Shown here piece after piece: positions 42,131 to 55,040 of a DNA stretch of 64,000 bases. Source of the stretch: Octopus sinensis (lineage: Eukaryota). The translations under genes and the position numbers were made by a program. The notes beneath the pieces were generated by a model. The model was not told the DNA's origin and made no database searches. It saw only the letters and a list, made by a program, of their open reading frames with translations. The first letter of the stretch is position 1, and every line of letters starts with the position of its first letter. Location of the stretch: contig NC_043001.1 in the NCBI RefSeq assembly GCF_006345805.1, positions 56,792,001-56,856,000 on the forward strand, read 5' to 3'.

Positions 42131-43401
42131 TCAGGTCGTCCTAAAAGTTCTGTCCGATTTTATCTTTTTTAAAATTGAATGAAATTTAATAGTATTTTAG
42201 AATGTCTAATGGAATTTAAAATTATTTTTATGCATTTGTGTACATTTAAACTAATTAAATATTATTTTACAGAATAATAGAATTAAAATTTTTTTGATTA
42301 AAACCTTTTCTAACATGGAAGTATCCAAAGAGCATTTGAGGAACATAATGCTTTATGAGTACAAAAAAGGAAACTCTGCAGCCGAAGCGACTCGAAACAT
42401 ACACTCAATTTATGGGAAAGAATGTTTGAATGAAAGAACTTGCAGAAGATAGTTTGCAAAATTCAGAAGTGGAGATTTCAGCCTTGAAGATGAAGATCGA
42501 ACAGGACGTCCAGTTGAGTGTGATGATAAGCTCCTTGAGGCATTACTTTAAGAAAATCCTGCATTATCAGTTGAAGAATTGGCAATAAAGCTTAGTTCAA
42601 GCCATACAACTGTTCATCGTCACCTTCAACGACTTGAAAAGGTTCCTAAACTTGGAAAATGTGTGTCTCATGAATTGTCCGAAATCAACCGCAAATCACG
42701 AGTTGACATCTGCTCTTCTCTCCATTCTCGTGAACTCATTTCACCCTTTTTGGATAGACTTGTGAGTGGTGACGAGAAATGGATCTTCTATCGAAATGTT
42801 AAACATGGTAAAAGGGAAAAAAGCTGAACCACAACCGAGAAGGAAACTTCATGGGGAAACGGTTCTTCTCTCTATCTGGTGGGATTGCAAAGGAGTAATT
42901 CACTTTGAATTGTTACTATTTAATGCAACAATCAATGCTCAAGTCTTCTGTCATCAATTAGAGCGTTTGGACCAAGCTTTGAAAAAAGACCCGCTTTAGT
43001 GAATCGAAAAGGAGTGATGTTTCATCAGGACAATGCGCGACCCCACACTGCAAAGATCACATCACAGTAGATCGAAGACCTTGGTTGGGAAAAAAATCCT
43101 CATCCACCTTATTCTCCCGACCTTGCTCCTTCAAACTACTATTTGTTTCACAGTTTACAGAATCAGTTGGGGGACATAACTTTCGCAAGCCAGGAGGAGG
43201 TCGAAACTGACATTTCAGAGTTCTTCGCTTTGAAACCAAAAGTGTTTTACATTGATGGGATTAAAACGCTTGTTATTTAGATGGAGGGAACTTACAGAAA
43301 ATCAGGGTAAGTACATTGATTATTAAATTTCAATTAAATATAACATTTGATCACTTGTTTTCTTTACTAAAAATTCGGACAAAACTTATGGGATGACCTG
43401 A
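42131..43401 (+). mobile_element. Full-length mariner (Tc1/mariner) transposon, inactive
   Basis: 31-bp TIRs tcaggtcgtcctaaaagttctgtccgatttt / aaattcggacaaaacttatgggatgacctga (5 mismatches). TA target duplication at 42129-42130 and 43402-43403. Length 1271 bp. Confidence 0.97.
42315..43326 (+). pseudogene. Mariner transposase pseudogene
   Basis: MEVSKEHLRNIMLYEYKKG.., RTGRP, CVSHEL (WVPHEL motif), SGDEKW, HQDNARPH, HPPYSPDLAPSNYYLF. At least 3 stops plus several frameshifts. Confidence 0.96.
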
Positions 43402-43539
43402 TACAATGGCCCTATCAAAATGAAAGTTGTAGATAGAGACCAATTTAGAAATTATTTTACAATTATTCCGACTCCTCCCACCTAAATCACTTACCTGTTT
43501 ATTCATTCTTTTTAAATAAGAGAAATACGATTTACTTAC

Positions 43540-43669
43540 CAGCTCAATATTATTGAGACTGCATTACAAAATATATCTTACACTGAGTGGAATTTCACTT
43601 TTACGATCACGGCTGATAGTGAAAACAATAACACTAATAATGATACCAGCTCAAGCATTATTATGACAC
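43540..43669 (-). pseudogene. CFAP54-like exon, disrupted
   Basis: Acceptor ctcacag, strong donor ctg|gtaagt. Reads A*AGIII..DRKSEIPLSVRYIL*CSLNNIEL (cf. recalled LPGIEL..SVIASLYYIIRELHFVRQNL). Phase-0 end fits the start at 35822. Confidence 0.4.
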
Positions 43670-44418
43670 CTGTGAGTTATTTAAGACGTCACGTATGATA
43701 AGTTACGCAAGATAATTAAAGCAAATATATAAATGATATTTACATCACTAGCTCTCTGATTTTCAGCATAAAATTGTTCAGAGTTAGGGTTCCATAGTTT
43801 TTTGTGATATGTCACGTCTCAGATCGTTCAGAAATATTACTTCATGAAGTTTATCTGTAGCTTTTATGTCGATTAAAATATAATGCCATTTTTGTCTCGA
43901 TTCGTACAATGTATGGATTTGTGTTGTCTTAGAACTTTGTTACATTTGCGAATAACTAGGAATTTCATTTCATTCAGGTTCTACCATGCAGCATATTGGT
44001 ACTCCTTCCTCCTTCTTAAACTTATGGGTTCTTCCTTAACAGAAAGACCTTCTGTACTGTAGGAGTATTGTACCTCACATTTTAAACACTTTTTTTTCGA
44101 TGGATCATGTTTCATTTTCCCGCTTCACCCTCAGGTCACCCTCTCGTTCTCATCCTCAGAAGTAGAAAGATTGTTGCTGCAGCCGTTGAGCAGTTCCTAG
44201 TCGATTCGTGTTAGTTGTATTCTGCCGTAGATTCCCCTTGTCTTCGATAGTTGTTGCTAAGTGGTGGGGGTGGGAAATTTGGGTCACTGTCGTTAATGCG
44301 AATAGGATAAATTTACGTGTTGACCCATGAGGTACACACACACACACACATATATATATATACATATATACACATGCATATCATGCATATATATACATAT
44401 ATACATATATATATGCAT

Positions 44419-44483
<65 letters not shown>

Positions 44484-44736
44484 ATAGATGTATATATATA
44501 CATAGTGAAATAATATAAAACTGGAACAATTTAAAACTTACTCCATCGAGGGCTTCACTTTTATTCTTCGAGTTTTGAGACGTAATATGGAAACAGTGCC
44601 AATGTTGCATTGTTTTAATCCAAAAAAGTTACATGTTGACACTCCTGGGATTTCATAGTATTACCACGTAATATTTGATTTGATCTTGGTTGAGCCATTT
44701 AAGAATGCATTGGAAACAGACATAGATATAAAAGAT

Positions 44737-45142
44737 AGGAGTGGCTGTGTGGTAAGTAGCTTGCTAACCAACCACATGGTTCGGGGTTCAGTCCCACTGC
44801 GTGGCATCTTGGGCGAGTGTCTTCTGCTATAGCCCCGGGCCGACCAATGCCTTGTGAGTGGATTTGGTAGACGGAAACTGAAAGAAGCCCGTCGTATATA
44901 TGTATATATATATATGTGCGTGTGTGTTTGTGTGTCTGTGTTTGTCCCCCTAGCATTGCTTGACAACCGATGCTGGTGTGTTTACGTCCCCGTCACTTAG
45001 CGGTTCGGCAAAAGAGACCGATAGAATAAGAACTGGGCTTACAGAGAATAAGTCCTGGGATCGATTTGCTCGACTAAAGGCGGTGCTCCAGCATGGCCGC
45101 AGTCAAATGACTGAAACAAGTAAAAGAGTAAAGAGTAAAAGA
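44737..45142 (+). mobile_element. SINE family A, young full-length copy
   Basis: A box tggctgtgtgg, B box ggttcagtccc, cttgggcgagtgtcttct core, internal (TA)(TG) tract, (agtaaaag)n tail. Confidence 0.95.
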
Positions 45143-45546
45143 TATATATATATATGGATTAAAGCGGAATTTTGAGCTCTTGCACTATGATTATAAATTC
45201 TCATTTGTACTTATGTTTAAATTAGACTATTTACATAAAAAACCTAGAAATACTAGGTTCTTTGAAGAAAGTGTAAAAGAAATTGAGACGAATTCGTAAG
45301 ACATTCCAAAGATTATCCACCGGAGATTCTTTAAGGGAATAGATGCACACACTTGGGTGTGTGCAACGACAGCTCAAGCAACACACCAATCCAACCACAT
45401 ATTTATAAACACCGGGAACTCTCTTGACGCAAAATGTCTCGTCACTTTGTTAGCTAAAGGCTTGAACTCTCTTAAGAGCTTCAATAAAACTTGAAGAAAA
45501 ATCATACATAAACAGACACACACATACACATATGTATGTATGTATG

Positions 45547-45577
<31 letters not shown>

Positions 45578-46969
45578 CTATGTACACACACACACATACA
45601 CCCGAGCGCACACACACACGATCACACACAAACACATACACATATATACTTGTATATGTATCGAGTCATAGCACCTAAATATTCATCTACCTGTGTATAA
45701 GCCTACATATGTAAGCATATGCATAAACGTAGGAGCTTATATGTATGTGTGTGTGTGTGCGCGCGCGCGTGTATTTGTGTGTGTGTAATGCACACACGTC
45801 GACTAGAATGCATATTAGATTAAGAAACCTGCTTAAAACGAAAAGCATTTAAAACAACCGGCATACCAAATTCCCAGATTCTAGTTGAGACCCATTAATT
45901 TTAATACACATTATTACTTGGGTTTATAGTGTGAGGACGATCGCGAAGGCGGTGAAGGGAGCTTGTCAGATTGGACCGGCATGCGCTTGTGGGATAGCTT
46001 GTATTAGTAGTGGTGGCGGGGACGGTGTTTCGAAGAAGCTAATATTTAATGGGAGGAAAAGGAGGTTGATGACTTGGTGACGCTGATGGAATTTTAACCA
46101 TGTACATATATACTAAAATAACGGGGTCATTTTTACGGTGATGAGTATAGCTCTACGTGTAATAAAACGGTGGGGATGGCAGTCATCATTAGGGTGATGA
46201 TAATGTCTCCTTGAAAATGACGGGGGATGAAGGTGGGGGCACATCATTAGGGTGATGAGTGTGTCTCCTTTAAAAGAGTTCAAGCCAATTAATTTGTTGT
46301 TCTTTCTCTATGGAATATTTGTATATTTTAAATGAAATACATCACCTTTTCCTCTCTAGCTCTCTACCCTTATCTGTCTCCATCCCCGTCTCCATCCCCG
46401 TCTACTGGTATATGATTATGATGGAGCCGTGACTGCTGTAATGGTGGCGGCAACGGTGGATATGGTGGAAATAATGATGGTTGACGTGCTAATGCGAGTT
46501 GTGGTACGGTTCGTGTTTGTAATGGCGGTGGTAGTGTTAGTAATAATGGGGAAGGTGTTACTGACGATGGCGGTGGTTGTGCTGCTAATAATGGTTACAA
46601 TGAGGGTATAAACGGTAGGAGTTATTGCTAGTGGTAATGTTATTAGTTTAAATGGTGGTAGAATTATTATTTCTGGATGTGGCCGTGATAATAGTTATAC
46701 TGGGAGTGGTGATGATGCTGGGATGCTGCAGATGATAGTTTGGGGTGGGCTGGGGGAGGAAGTGGTGGTAGATATGTTACTGGTGATACTGATGGCGGTG
46801 TTGATGCTGGAAATAATGGCGGTAGTTGTGTTGGTGTTGGTGTTGGTGGTGGTGAGACAATGTTGATGATGGGATGAGTGGCAAGTTTCTGTGGAAATGG
46901 GAGGGGGGGGAATACTGCTAATAACAACTGTACTGAAGTTGGTGTTGCTGACGATAATGATGACAATAA

Positions 46970-46972
46970 TAT

Positions 46973-47066
<94 letters not shown>

Positions 47067-47100
47067 ATGGTGATGATGGTGATGATGATGATGATGATGT

Positions 47101-47133
<33 letters not shown>

Positions 47134-47232
47134 CGACGATGACGATAATGATGATGATAATGATATGATGATGATGATAAAGATGATGATGATGATGATG
47201 ATGATGATAAAGATGATGATGATGATGATAAA

Positions 47233-47331
<99 letters not shown>

Positions 47332-47370
47332 GATAGTGATGAAGATTATGCCGTTGATGGTGAATGATGA
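46970..47370. repeat. Long (GAT)n microsatellite
   Basis: Directly visible; source of the poly-H/poly-M ORFs. Confidence 0.95.
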
Positions 47371-48926
47371 TTAGAAAAATAAATTTTCCTAAACAAGTTA
47401 TTTTAAAATCATAGACTCTTGCAATCACTGTCTCCACAATTAATTATGAGTGTTCAAAATCTGAGAGGGAGAAGTGAGTAGAAGAAATAGATGTCGCTGT
47501 TGTCGTTGTTGTTTAGCCTTATGCAATACGTGACCAGGAAGACGTATAAACTCAACTCCAGTTCATTTGTGATTATCTCGTCTTTTTATTTTTCAGACAC
47601 AGTAGAATTTAAAGCAGTGTGCATAGATCAGAATGGCTACTGGTAGAAAGAATATTATTACACTACGTAACACGATGTTTGTCCTTGGGTAGCAATTGTT
47701 ATTTCCTATTTGCTTACTCCTAAAAAGACACATCATGTTCATAATACATTAACAAGTTTGAAGTATCATGTAGTGACTACACAGATAAACAAGTATAATG
47801 AAGGAAGTCTATTTACTGTTGAATTGCCTGTGTATCTCGATCCTAGTAGTTGGACCAACTACCCGCCTGTCGTTGTTCTTTTCGATGAGCTGAATTAGGC
47901 TGATACAACAAACAACCATAATCGACTTCCTGCATCTTATGTTTCTAATGTAGCTCTAAACCAGTCTTGGTATTTAAATGTGTTTCTTTACAGAAGGAAC
48001 GCTCTTTTGTTTGATAACTCTTTGCTTCTTTAGAATAAAGCCAATTTCTGATATGCAGTAAACTTATTCCACTAGATGAATGGGTACGTCCTCTGGCGAA
48101 TAGTTGATGCCTGATCATAGACTTTGTTTTGGCCCCAAATCAACACTGATAGAGCAGACCTATTATAAAAGGCATTCAAGCCTCAACCATCACGTCATTC
48201 TTCAATATGCAGGGACCCAGTACAACATTATTCAGCGTATTACTTTCTCAGTGAGTGGGGTACGAGTGAGGAAGATTTTTGGTTAATTCTATTAATTTCA
48301 GCTGCCACGGCGATGGTTAGTTTCGTACCTTTTATTCATGATTCAGAAAGACGTATACTTCTTTCTTGTCGTCTCTGTAGCTTTATCCTATCGTTCATTC
48401 GCTAAGTCATTTATTGTAAACAAACATTGTTTGGCCGAAGCGTTATGATTTCGCCTCATTTCGGTTGCACTCAGTGTTAAGAGTAATATTCTTTCTAGAA
48501 AATATAATTCAAAATTTACTTCATGACTATATCCTGCACATTAACTCTCTCAAATGTATAGTATCAGAATGTTAGTCACTCTAAATAATGCTACATTACT
48601 TACAGTAATTTTACTGTAAATAAGGCGAAACTAGGTTCAAACCATCCTAATCATATATGAACAGCTGGGTTCAATTAATTGAATATATAACCAGAATATC
48701 CTTCTGCCAGTACTTCTGTACCAATGTTGGTATTCGCCTATAACTGATGTGCATACATTTTATTCTGACGCAACCTAGTGTCTTACATTTAGGTGTCTTA
48801 TGCAACTGAATCTTGATATATATTGTATATATATATATATATATATCACTATAACAGTGTATCGACCAGACTGTCGGATGTTGTTATACACCCTGGTCAC
48901 AAAATGCTTTCTCGTATTGTTTTACC

Positions 48927-48973
<47 letters not shown>

Positions 48974-49905
48974 TCTGTGTGTGTGTGTGTGTGTAGGGAA
49001 TATTTTGATATGTCAACTTCAAAACTGTTTTAAACATTATTTAAGCCCGTTCAAGAAATAGACATCAAAAAATAGAATCCGAAGTATCATGGTTTACATT
49101 ACGAAAATCAGTTAATAATTTTGATAAAATGAGATAAAAATGTGTGCCGTGTGGTGATGTGCTTTTATTACTAATGAATGTATTTAATTGCAAATTTAGT
49201 CTTAACATCCAGTCAAGGGTTTACTTCCAATAATATTTTCTCTTCTTCCTTGAAATAAGTATTGTTTCTCAGCGTGTTGCTAACGATATTGAGCAAGATT
49301 CACCATACAAATACACACAAATATATATGGCTTTGGGGGCATTGAGGTGGCTATGTTCTTTAATCCATGTGTTAATTTAAATGCGGTTCTTACAGAATCA
49401 GAGTAGTAACTATAATATTACCCAAAGTATATTATGGAGGTATGAGGCTGCAGTTTTAGCAGGTCTAGTAACTACATATTGTGCAACAACATTTTTTAAC
49501 CTTTCTTTTTGTCTTTGGTTAGTAAGTGTTATTTCCTCATTCCATCTATCTAGAAATCAAAGGAAATGACTACTATTCCCTTTAAATTTGCTTTTGTGAC
49601 ATGAACATTAATGTTCTCAAATTGCCCTATATTTCGTTACATTTCAGATTGATTCAGCGCCAATTTGCTGAAGCAGAAACGTCGTTATAACAAATATTAT
49701 ACTACAGATTTGCTTGCGAGTTGCTTGACATTAACCAGTTGAGCATGTTTTCTAGTGGCTGACTATATATGCCTTTCTGACGATGAGCAGGAATAGTCGG
49801 AGGAGCATCATAGCTATATTTTGAGGGGGACTTCTCGAGGTATGAATAGTTATAAGCTTAAAGCTTATAAGCGTTCACCGAGGACTGGCTTAAAAAATAT
49901 GTATA

Positions 49906-50146
49906 GCGCAGGAATGGCTGTGTGTAAGTAGCTTGCTTACCAACCACATAGTTCCGGGTTCAGTCCCACTGCATGGCACCTGGAGCAAGTGTCTTCTACT
50001 ATAACCTCGGGCTGACCAAAACCTTGTGAGTGGATTTGGTTGACGGAAACTGAAAGAAGCTCGTCGTATATGTATATATATATGTGTGTGTGTGTGTGTG
50101 TTTGTGAGTGTTTGTGTGTGTGCGTGTGTGTGCGTGTGTGTCCGTG

Positions 50147-50177
<31 letters not shown>

Positions 50178-50390
50178 TTGTCTGTCTGTGCTTGTCCCCT
50201 TAACATCGCTTGACAACCGATGCTGGTGTGTTTACGTCCCCGTAACGTAGCGGTTCGGCAAAAGAGACCGATAGAATAAGTACTAGGCTTGCAAAGAATA
50301 AGTCTTGGGGTCGATTTGTTCGACTAAAGGCGGTGCTCCAGCAAGGCCGCAGTCAAATGACTGAAACAAAAGAGTAAAAGAGTAAAAGAG
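49906..50390 (+). mobile_element. SINE family A, young full-length copy
   Basis: Same structure as 44737-45142 with a longer internal (TG)n. Confidence 0.95.
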
Positions 50391-50437
50391 AGTCTAATAT
50401 TGGAGCATATAAGTGCTTGACGGAAAAAAGTGGGTAC

Positions 50438-50495
<58 letters not shown>

Positions 50496-51730
50496 ATACA
50501 CACTCACACACACACATGCACACACACACACACACATACAAATATATATGGCTTTGGTAACATTGAAGTGGCTGATGTTCTTTAATCCATGTGATAATTT
50601 AAATGCGTTTCACTGGTGACCATGCCGTCTTTCTTCAAGATTCAGAGTAGTAACTATATCATGAGAGGCATTAGGCTGCAGTTTTAGCAGGTCTAGTAAC
50701 TACAAGGAAACTTTCTCGTATGCAGAAGGGGACTAGGTTGACAGTGGTGGTTGTTCGCTTTATATACAAATCAAAGTATTTTCATTAATTAAAATTACTT
50801 TAAAATCATTAATTAAAATTAGGATAAAAATTAATTAGCTTAATGATAAATTCTATTGAAGGAAGGCAGGGGAGACAACCCGGAATATAAATTAAAATTA
50901 ATTAAAATAGGGTAGAGGAAGAAGAAGGCGATGGAGACGGGGAAGGAGGAGGGACGAGTAGGAAGGTAAGAAGAAGAAGAAGCAGGAGCAGAAACAGGAC
51001 GAGGAATAGTAGGACGTGTTGAGGGTGGTGGTGGTGATGGTGGTCTTGATGGTGTGTCTGTGCTAGAAGTGGTCATGGTTTGGTGGTTGTAGTGCTGCTG
51101 CAGCTGCTGGTGGTGACATTCGCGTTCTGAGGGAATAGATTTAGGGAAAGAAGGAAGGAAATGACAAAGGAGATGATGGGGAATTAAAGGAAGAAGTTGA
51201 AGTAAATGAGGAAGAAGCAAAACAATATGAAGAAAGAAGAAGAAGAAGAAGAAGAAGAAGAAGAAGGAGAAGAAGAAGAAGAACGAGAGGAAGTGAGAGT
51301 CAAAGAAAATTGTGGGAGGTTGAGGGGAGTAAATTTTTGAAGAGGAATGCAATGAAAGTTTGAAATCAATAGGAAAAGTATGAGTAAAAGAAAATGAGCA
51401 GGGAATAATAAATCTCTTAAAATATAATCAAAAACAAAAGAAAACAAAAATACACAGAAAAACCAGAACAAAATCGTAAAAGTATAAGGGAAGTTTCTAC
51501 TGTGTAGAAATGGGAGTAATTGATGGGTAAAAGGAAAGTAGTTCAGTTTAGAAAGACGACAAGGCGTGGCATGGCTCAGAGAATGGCTATAATGGAACTT
51601 CCGGCAAAAGAGACTTAATAGTTGCAACACAATAGAAAGGAACTTCAAAGTGGAAACAAAACTTTTTTTTTAGGGAAAGAAAATGAATGAGTAGAAAGAA
51701 ACAGGGAAAGGGTCAGAAGAAGGAGGATGT

Positions 51731-51883
51731 AGAAGAAGAAGAAGAAGAAGAAGAAGAAGAAGAAGAAGAAGAAGAAGAAGAAGAAGAAGAAGAAGAAGAA
51801 GAAGAAGAAGAAGAAGAAGAAGAAGAAGAAGAAGAAGAAGAAGAAGAAGAAGAAGAAGAAGAAGAAGAAGAAGAAGAAGAAGA
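51731..51883. repeat. (GAA)n microsatellite, about 50 units
   Basis: Directly visible. Confidence 0.97.
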
Positions 51884-52784
51884 ATTTGGCAGCCATTCCA
51901 TTCCCTTCCTTCAGGAAAACAAAATCTTTCTGTAGAAAGTAATGCCTAAATTAACATATATCATTCAATTTGTTCTCTTATTGCACAAATGGAACACTCT
52001 GCTTCGGTTGCATGTTGACTTAGTTCCTCTTCCTAAATGCCATTACCTTAGGTTGTTAGGGTTTCTCTAGTTAGCGAGAAGCAATACAGAGGCAAAGAGG
52101 TAGGTGTGGATGGGGAAAGAAAAGGACATTTTCAATCTCAAATTTACAGATGAGATACAGCTGACCTGCATATTATCACAACAGAATTAACAGAGCTTGA
52201 ACAGTTAATGGGTTAGGACAAACTAACAATGTATGACTGCTGATACTTCATAACTTAGCTTCGTCGTTTTATGTTCTTGTTGTAGTTGTTGTTTTTGTTG
52301 TTGTATATCAGGTCGGCCATGATAAGACTGTTATTATTGAAGGCGTTACAGTATTGGCCATCCTCACTCCTTTTCCAGGTATAATGTATTAAGATGTACT
52401 TTATTTAAAGCATTATTCCCACAGTCAACGAGGGAACATCGACATGATCTGCTAGAATCTGCTAGACATATTCAGCTCTCACACAGAGAGACAAACACAG
52501 ATCTCACACAGATCTCGCACAAACAGTTAAATCTCGTTGAAATGAAATGTTACGTTAATTTGGCAAAAAAAAGAAAGGGATAAATGAGTCTCAGTCACAT
52601 ATGTCTGAACTACATGGAGTTGATAGAACGCTTTCATTTCTAAGTATACTCATTTATTTCTCACCGGGACTAAAATCAACAGTAATAACGAGAATATCAT
52701 GGGGGACATATCTGTAATTACGACCGTTGGTTTTAATCAATTCTGGGTTGGCATAGTATGCGTAATGAAAACAAGTTATCATAC

Positions 52785-53101
52785 AAGCGACTTCGGTTTT
52801 TTAACCACGCTAGGATGAGCGTGGCATGAGTGTTTGTATTTCAGATGAATATTTGGCGTTTTAGAAGTGGCTGAAGAAACAGAAAGAAGTAATTCTAGAT
52901 CATTGGGCAAGTAATCAGTGTGTGAGTATTTGCTAGTGGGCTCGTCTGTGTTTAACAACAGTACTACCTCAGATGTGCAAGCACTGATTGGGAACACTAT
53001 GAAGTTTCCTCAGCTAGTTACAGCTGCATTATTTTTCAGTTTGCGCTGTTATATATGTGAAATCACATTCAGAGATCCTCACAGCCGAACATTCCTGGTA
53101 A
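52785..53101 (-). pseudogene. CFAP54-like exon, disrupted
   Basis: Acceptor tttcttgttcaactaaaattcttag. Reads LPGMFGC (cf. recalled VGIWGC) and YITAQTEK*CSC (cf. FIKSLNVEKKTDCC). Stops and frameshifts; donor gtatga tentative. Confidence 0.4.
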
Positions 53102-53255
53102 CTAAGAATTTTAGTTGAACAAGAAACATAGAAAAATATAACATATTCATTATTTGCAATTATATTGCATACGTTATTTTCTTACAGGACAACTACTTTA
53201 TCAAATTTTTGTTAGCAGACCTAGTTAAATTTTATTACTATTACATCTCATCATT

Positions 53256-53296
<41 letters not shown>

Positions 53297-53859
53297 AATC
53301 ATCATCATCATCATCATCAATCTCTTCCTCCTCTTCCTCCTCCTCCTCATCATCTTCCGTCCAAATGACATTATGTAATATTTGCTCTTAACTTATTCTT
53401 TAATTTGTCCGTTTAAAAATAATAAACTGCATTTGGTAATGTTGTTACTCCATTTAGTTATTGCATCAAAGTGCTGTTGGCAGAGGTAGCCGGTTTCCTG
53501 GTATTTTTAGCGCTTGAGGGATCATTTCGTTGCTGCAAAAAGATAAAATAAAAAGAGACTGCCATATTGAAAGAAATAATGATTTTACAAATGAAGGTTA
53601 TAGATGGCTGCTGGAACTGTGCTTATTAAAAAAATTCCATCATCTTCCATTTCGAACCCTCTGCAATGAATGCTACATATAGTAACAGCAGTAACGATAT
53701 CTGCAACAACAACAACAGTGATATCAATAACAAAAAGGAACAGCATTGAGAAAAGTCAGGAACCATAAGAAAAGGACCGCAGGTGTACAAGAGTTAATAC
53801 CAACACCACCATAATTATGAATAATACCATCGGTTAAAGCCTCCATAAACCCACCCAAC

Positions 53860-53950
53860 TTTGGTCATAAATGACTATGGGATTGTATCTAGAAAGTTCC
53901 CGTCCGAGGCACAAGTCCGGGCAAGGTTGTTTATGGAAGACTAGCAGTCA
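53860..53950 (-). mobile_element. SINE family B, 3-prime fragment
   Basis: ggtcataaatgactatgggattgtatctagaaagtt..cacaagtccgggcaaggttgtttatggaag matches 11460-11550. Confidence 0.85.
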
Positions 53951-54648
53951 AGTGCTAATATAACGGCTATGAAAACACTAAAGGTGTTATTGAGGTATAC
54001 CAAATGCAAGTTCTAATCATTTTGTCATTCTAGAATCTCAACAACGCCAAGACATAGTTAAATAAGTCCGATTGAGCAATGCCCGATAGTGTGTATAGGA
54101 CTGAAGTCCAGACCGGGATAGCGACACACCATCTCACATTCAGTGGTTTCTGAAATATCCCTGGAGCACCAAATCCTACGTTGCTTGAGGTGAAATTTCC
54201 GACAAGGTGGCAGCCCAGATGCATTCAATAACACCAATAAAGAGTGACAAACTGGTCCTCGTGACTGACTAACTAAGGCGGACAGTACAAGGCAACAGAC
54301 TATACAAAGGGTGGTGACTGTGATACAACAAAAAGATATCTGCTAGTTAGTGGTGGCCGTTATGTTAGAGGTGCAAGAGAAATTGTCAATATTGCAAGTA
54401 CATATAACGCAGGTTCGTCTTGAAAAGAAGCTCACTTGCAGAAATGACTCGGAGTCACTAGATAAAAATAAGGGTTCAGGTCAGGATTTTCGACGGGCGC
54501 ACACTGGTATTGTTGATGGCTACAAAATAAATGTTTTTGTCCGTCTGGATTTGGAATAGGAGTGGTATATCTGTATCGGAAATAAATGTATCTCGAGGGT
54601 ATGTAAAACAAGAGAGAATGATAGTAATAGACGTTCACAATTTTAGTC

Positions 54649-55040
54649 ACTTGGTTAGACAAACCACAAATCTAAGATCTGCACAGTTGGCGGGTGGGCA
54701 ACAGGATTAATATCAGAAATCCTGTCTGCCACCTCATCCAAGTATTGCAAGTACATATAATGACCTGATGTCATTTCAGCAAGTGACCTTTTAATTCTTA
54801 AGTACAAAATATTACACATATAGGGAACTTGGTTAGACAAACCACAAATCTAAGATCTGCACTTGGTTAGACAAACCACAAATCTAAGATCTGCACAGTT
54901 GGCGGGTGGGCAACAGGATTAATATCAGAAATCCTGTCTGCCACCTCATCCAAGTATTGCAAGTACATATAATGACCTGATGTCATTTCAGCAAGTGACC
55001 TTTTAATTCTTAAGTACAAAATATTACACATATAGGGAAC
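54649..55040. repeat. Perfect tandem duplication (178 bp + 34 bp partial + about 180 bp) containing a candidate CFAP54-like exon
   Basis: acttggttagacaaaccac starts at 54649, 54827 and 54861; copies identical by eye. Minus strand reads IKRSLAEMTSGHYMYLQYLDEVADRISDINPVAHPPTVQILDLWFV* after acceptors at 55008 and 54796. Confidence 0.93.

Noticed and set aside
44737-44810. tRNA-like A and B boxes as tRNA genes
   Set aside because: They are SINE heads: no complete cloverleaf, and each continues into the SINE body in every copy.
44661-44966. Recurrent short ORFs RRASFSFRLPNPLT.. and [24 protein letters not shown] as a gene family
   Set aside because: They are antisense translations of SINE family A.
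46667-47437. 256-aa His/Ile/Pro-rich ORF and similar poly-amino-acid ORFs (39100-39738, 28179-28718, 51687-51935, 23047-23364)
   Set aside because: These are translations of tri- and tetranucleotide microsatellites, with no splice or homology support.
53982-54235. MITE defined by an 11-bp inverted repeat (ggtgttattga/tcaataacacc)
   Set aside because: Short, no target-site duplication, and plausible by chance in AT-rich DNA.
54649-55040. CRISPR-like array (34-bp repeat three times)
   Set aside because: The intervening sequences are identical or absent, the context is eukaryotic and there are no cas genes. It is a tandem duplication.
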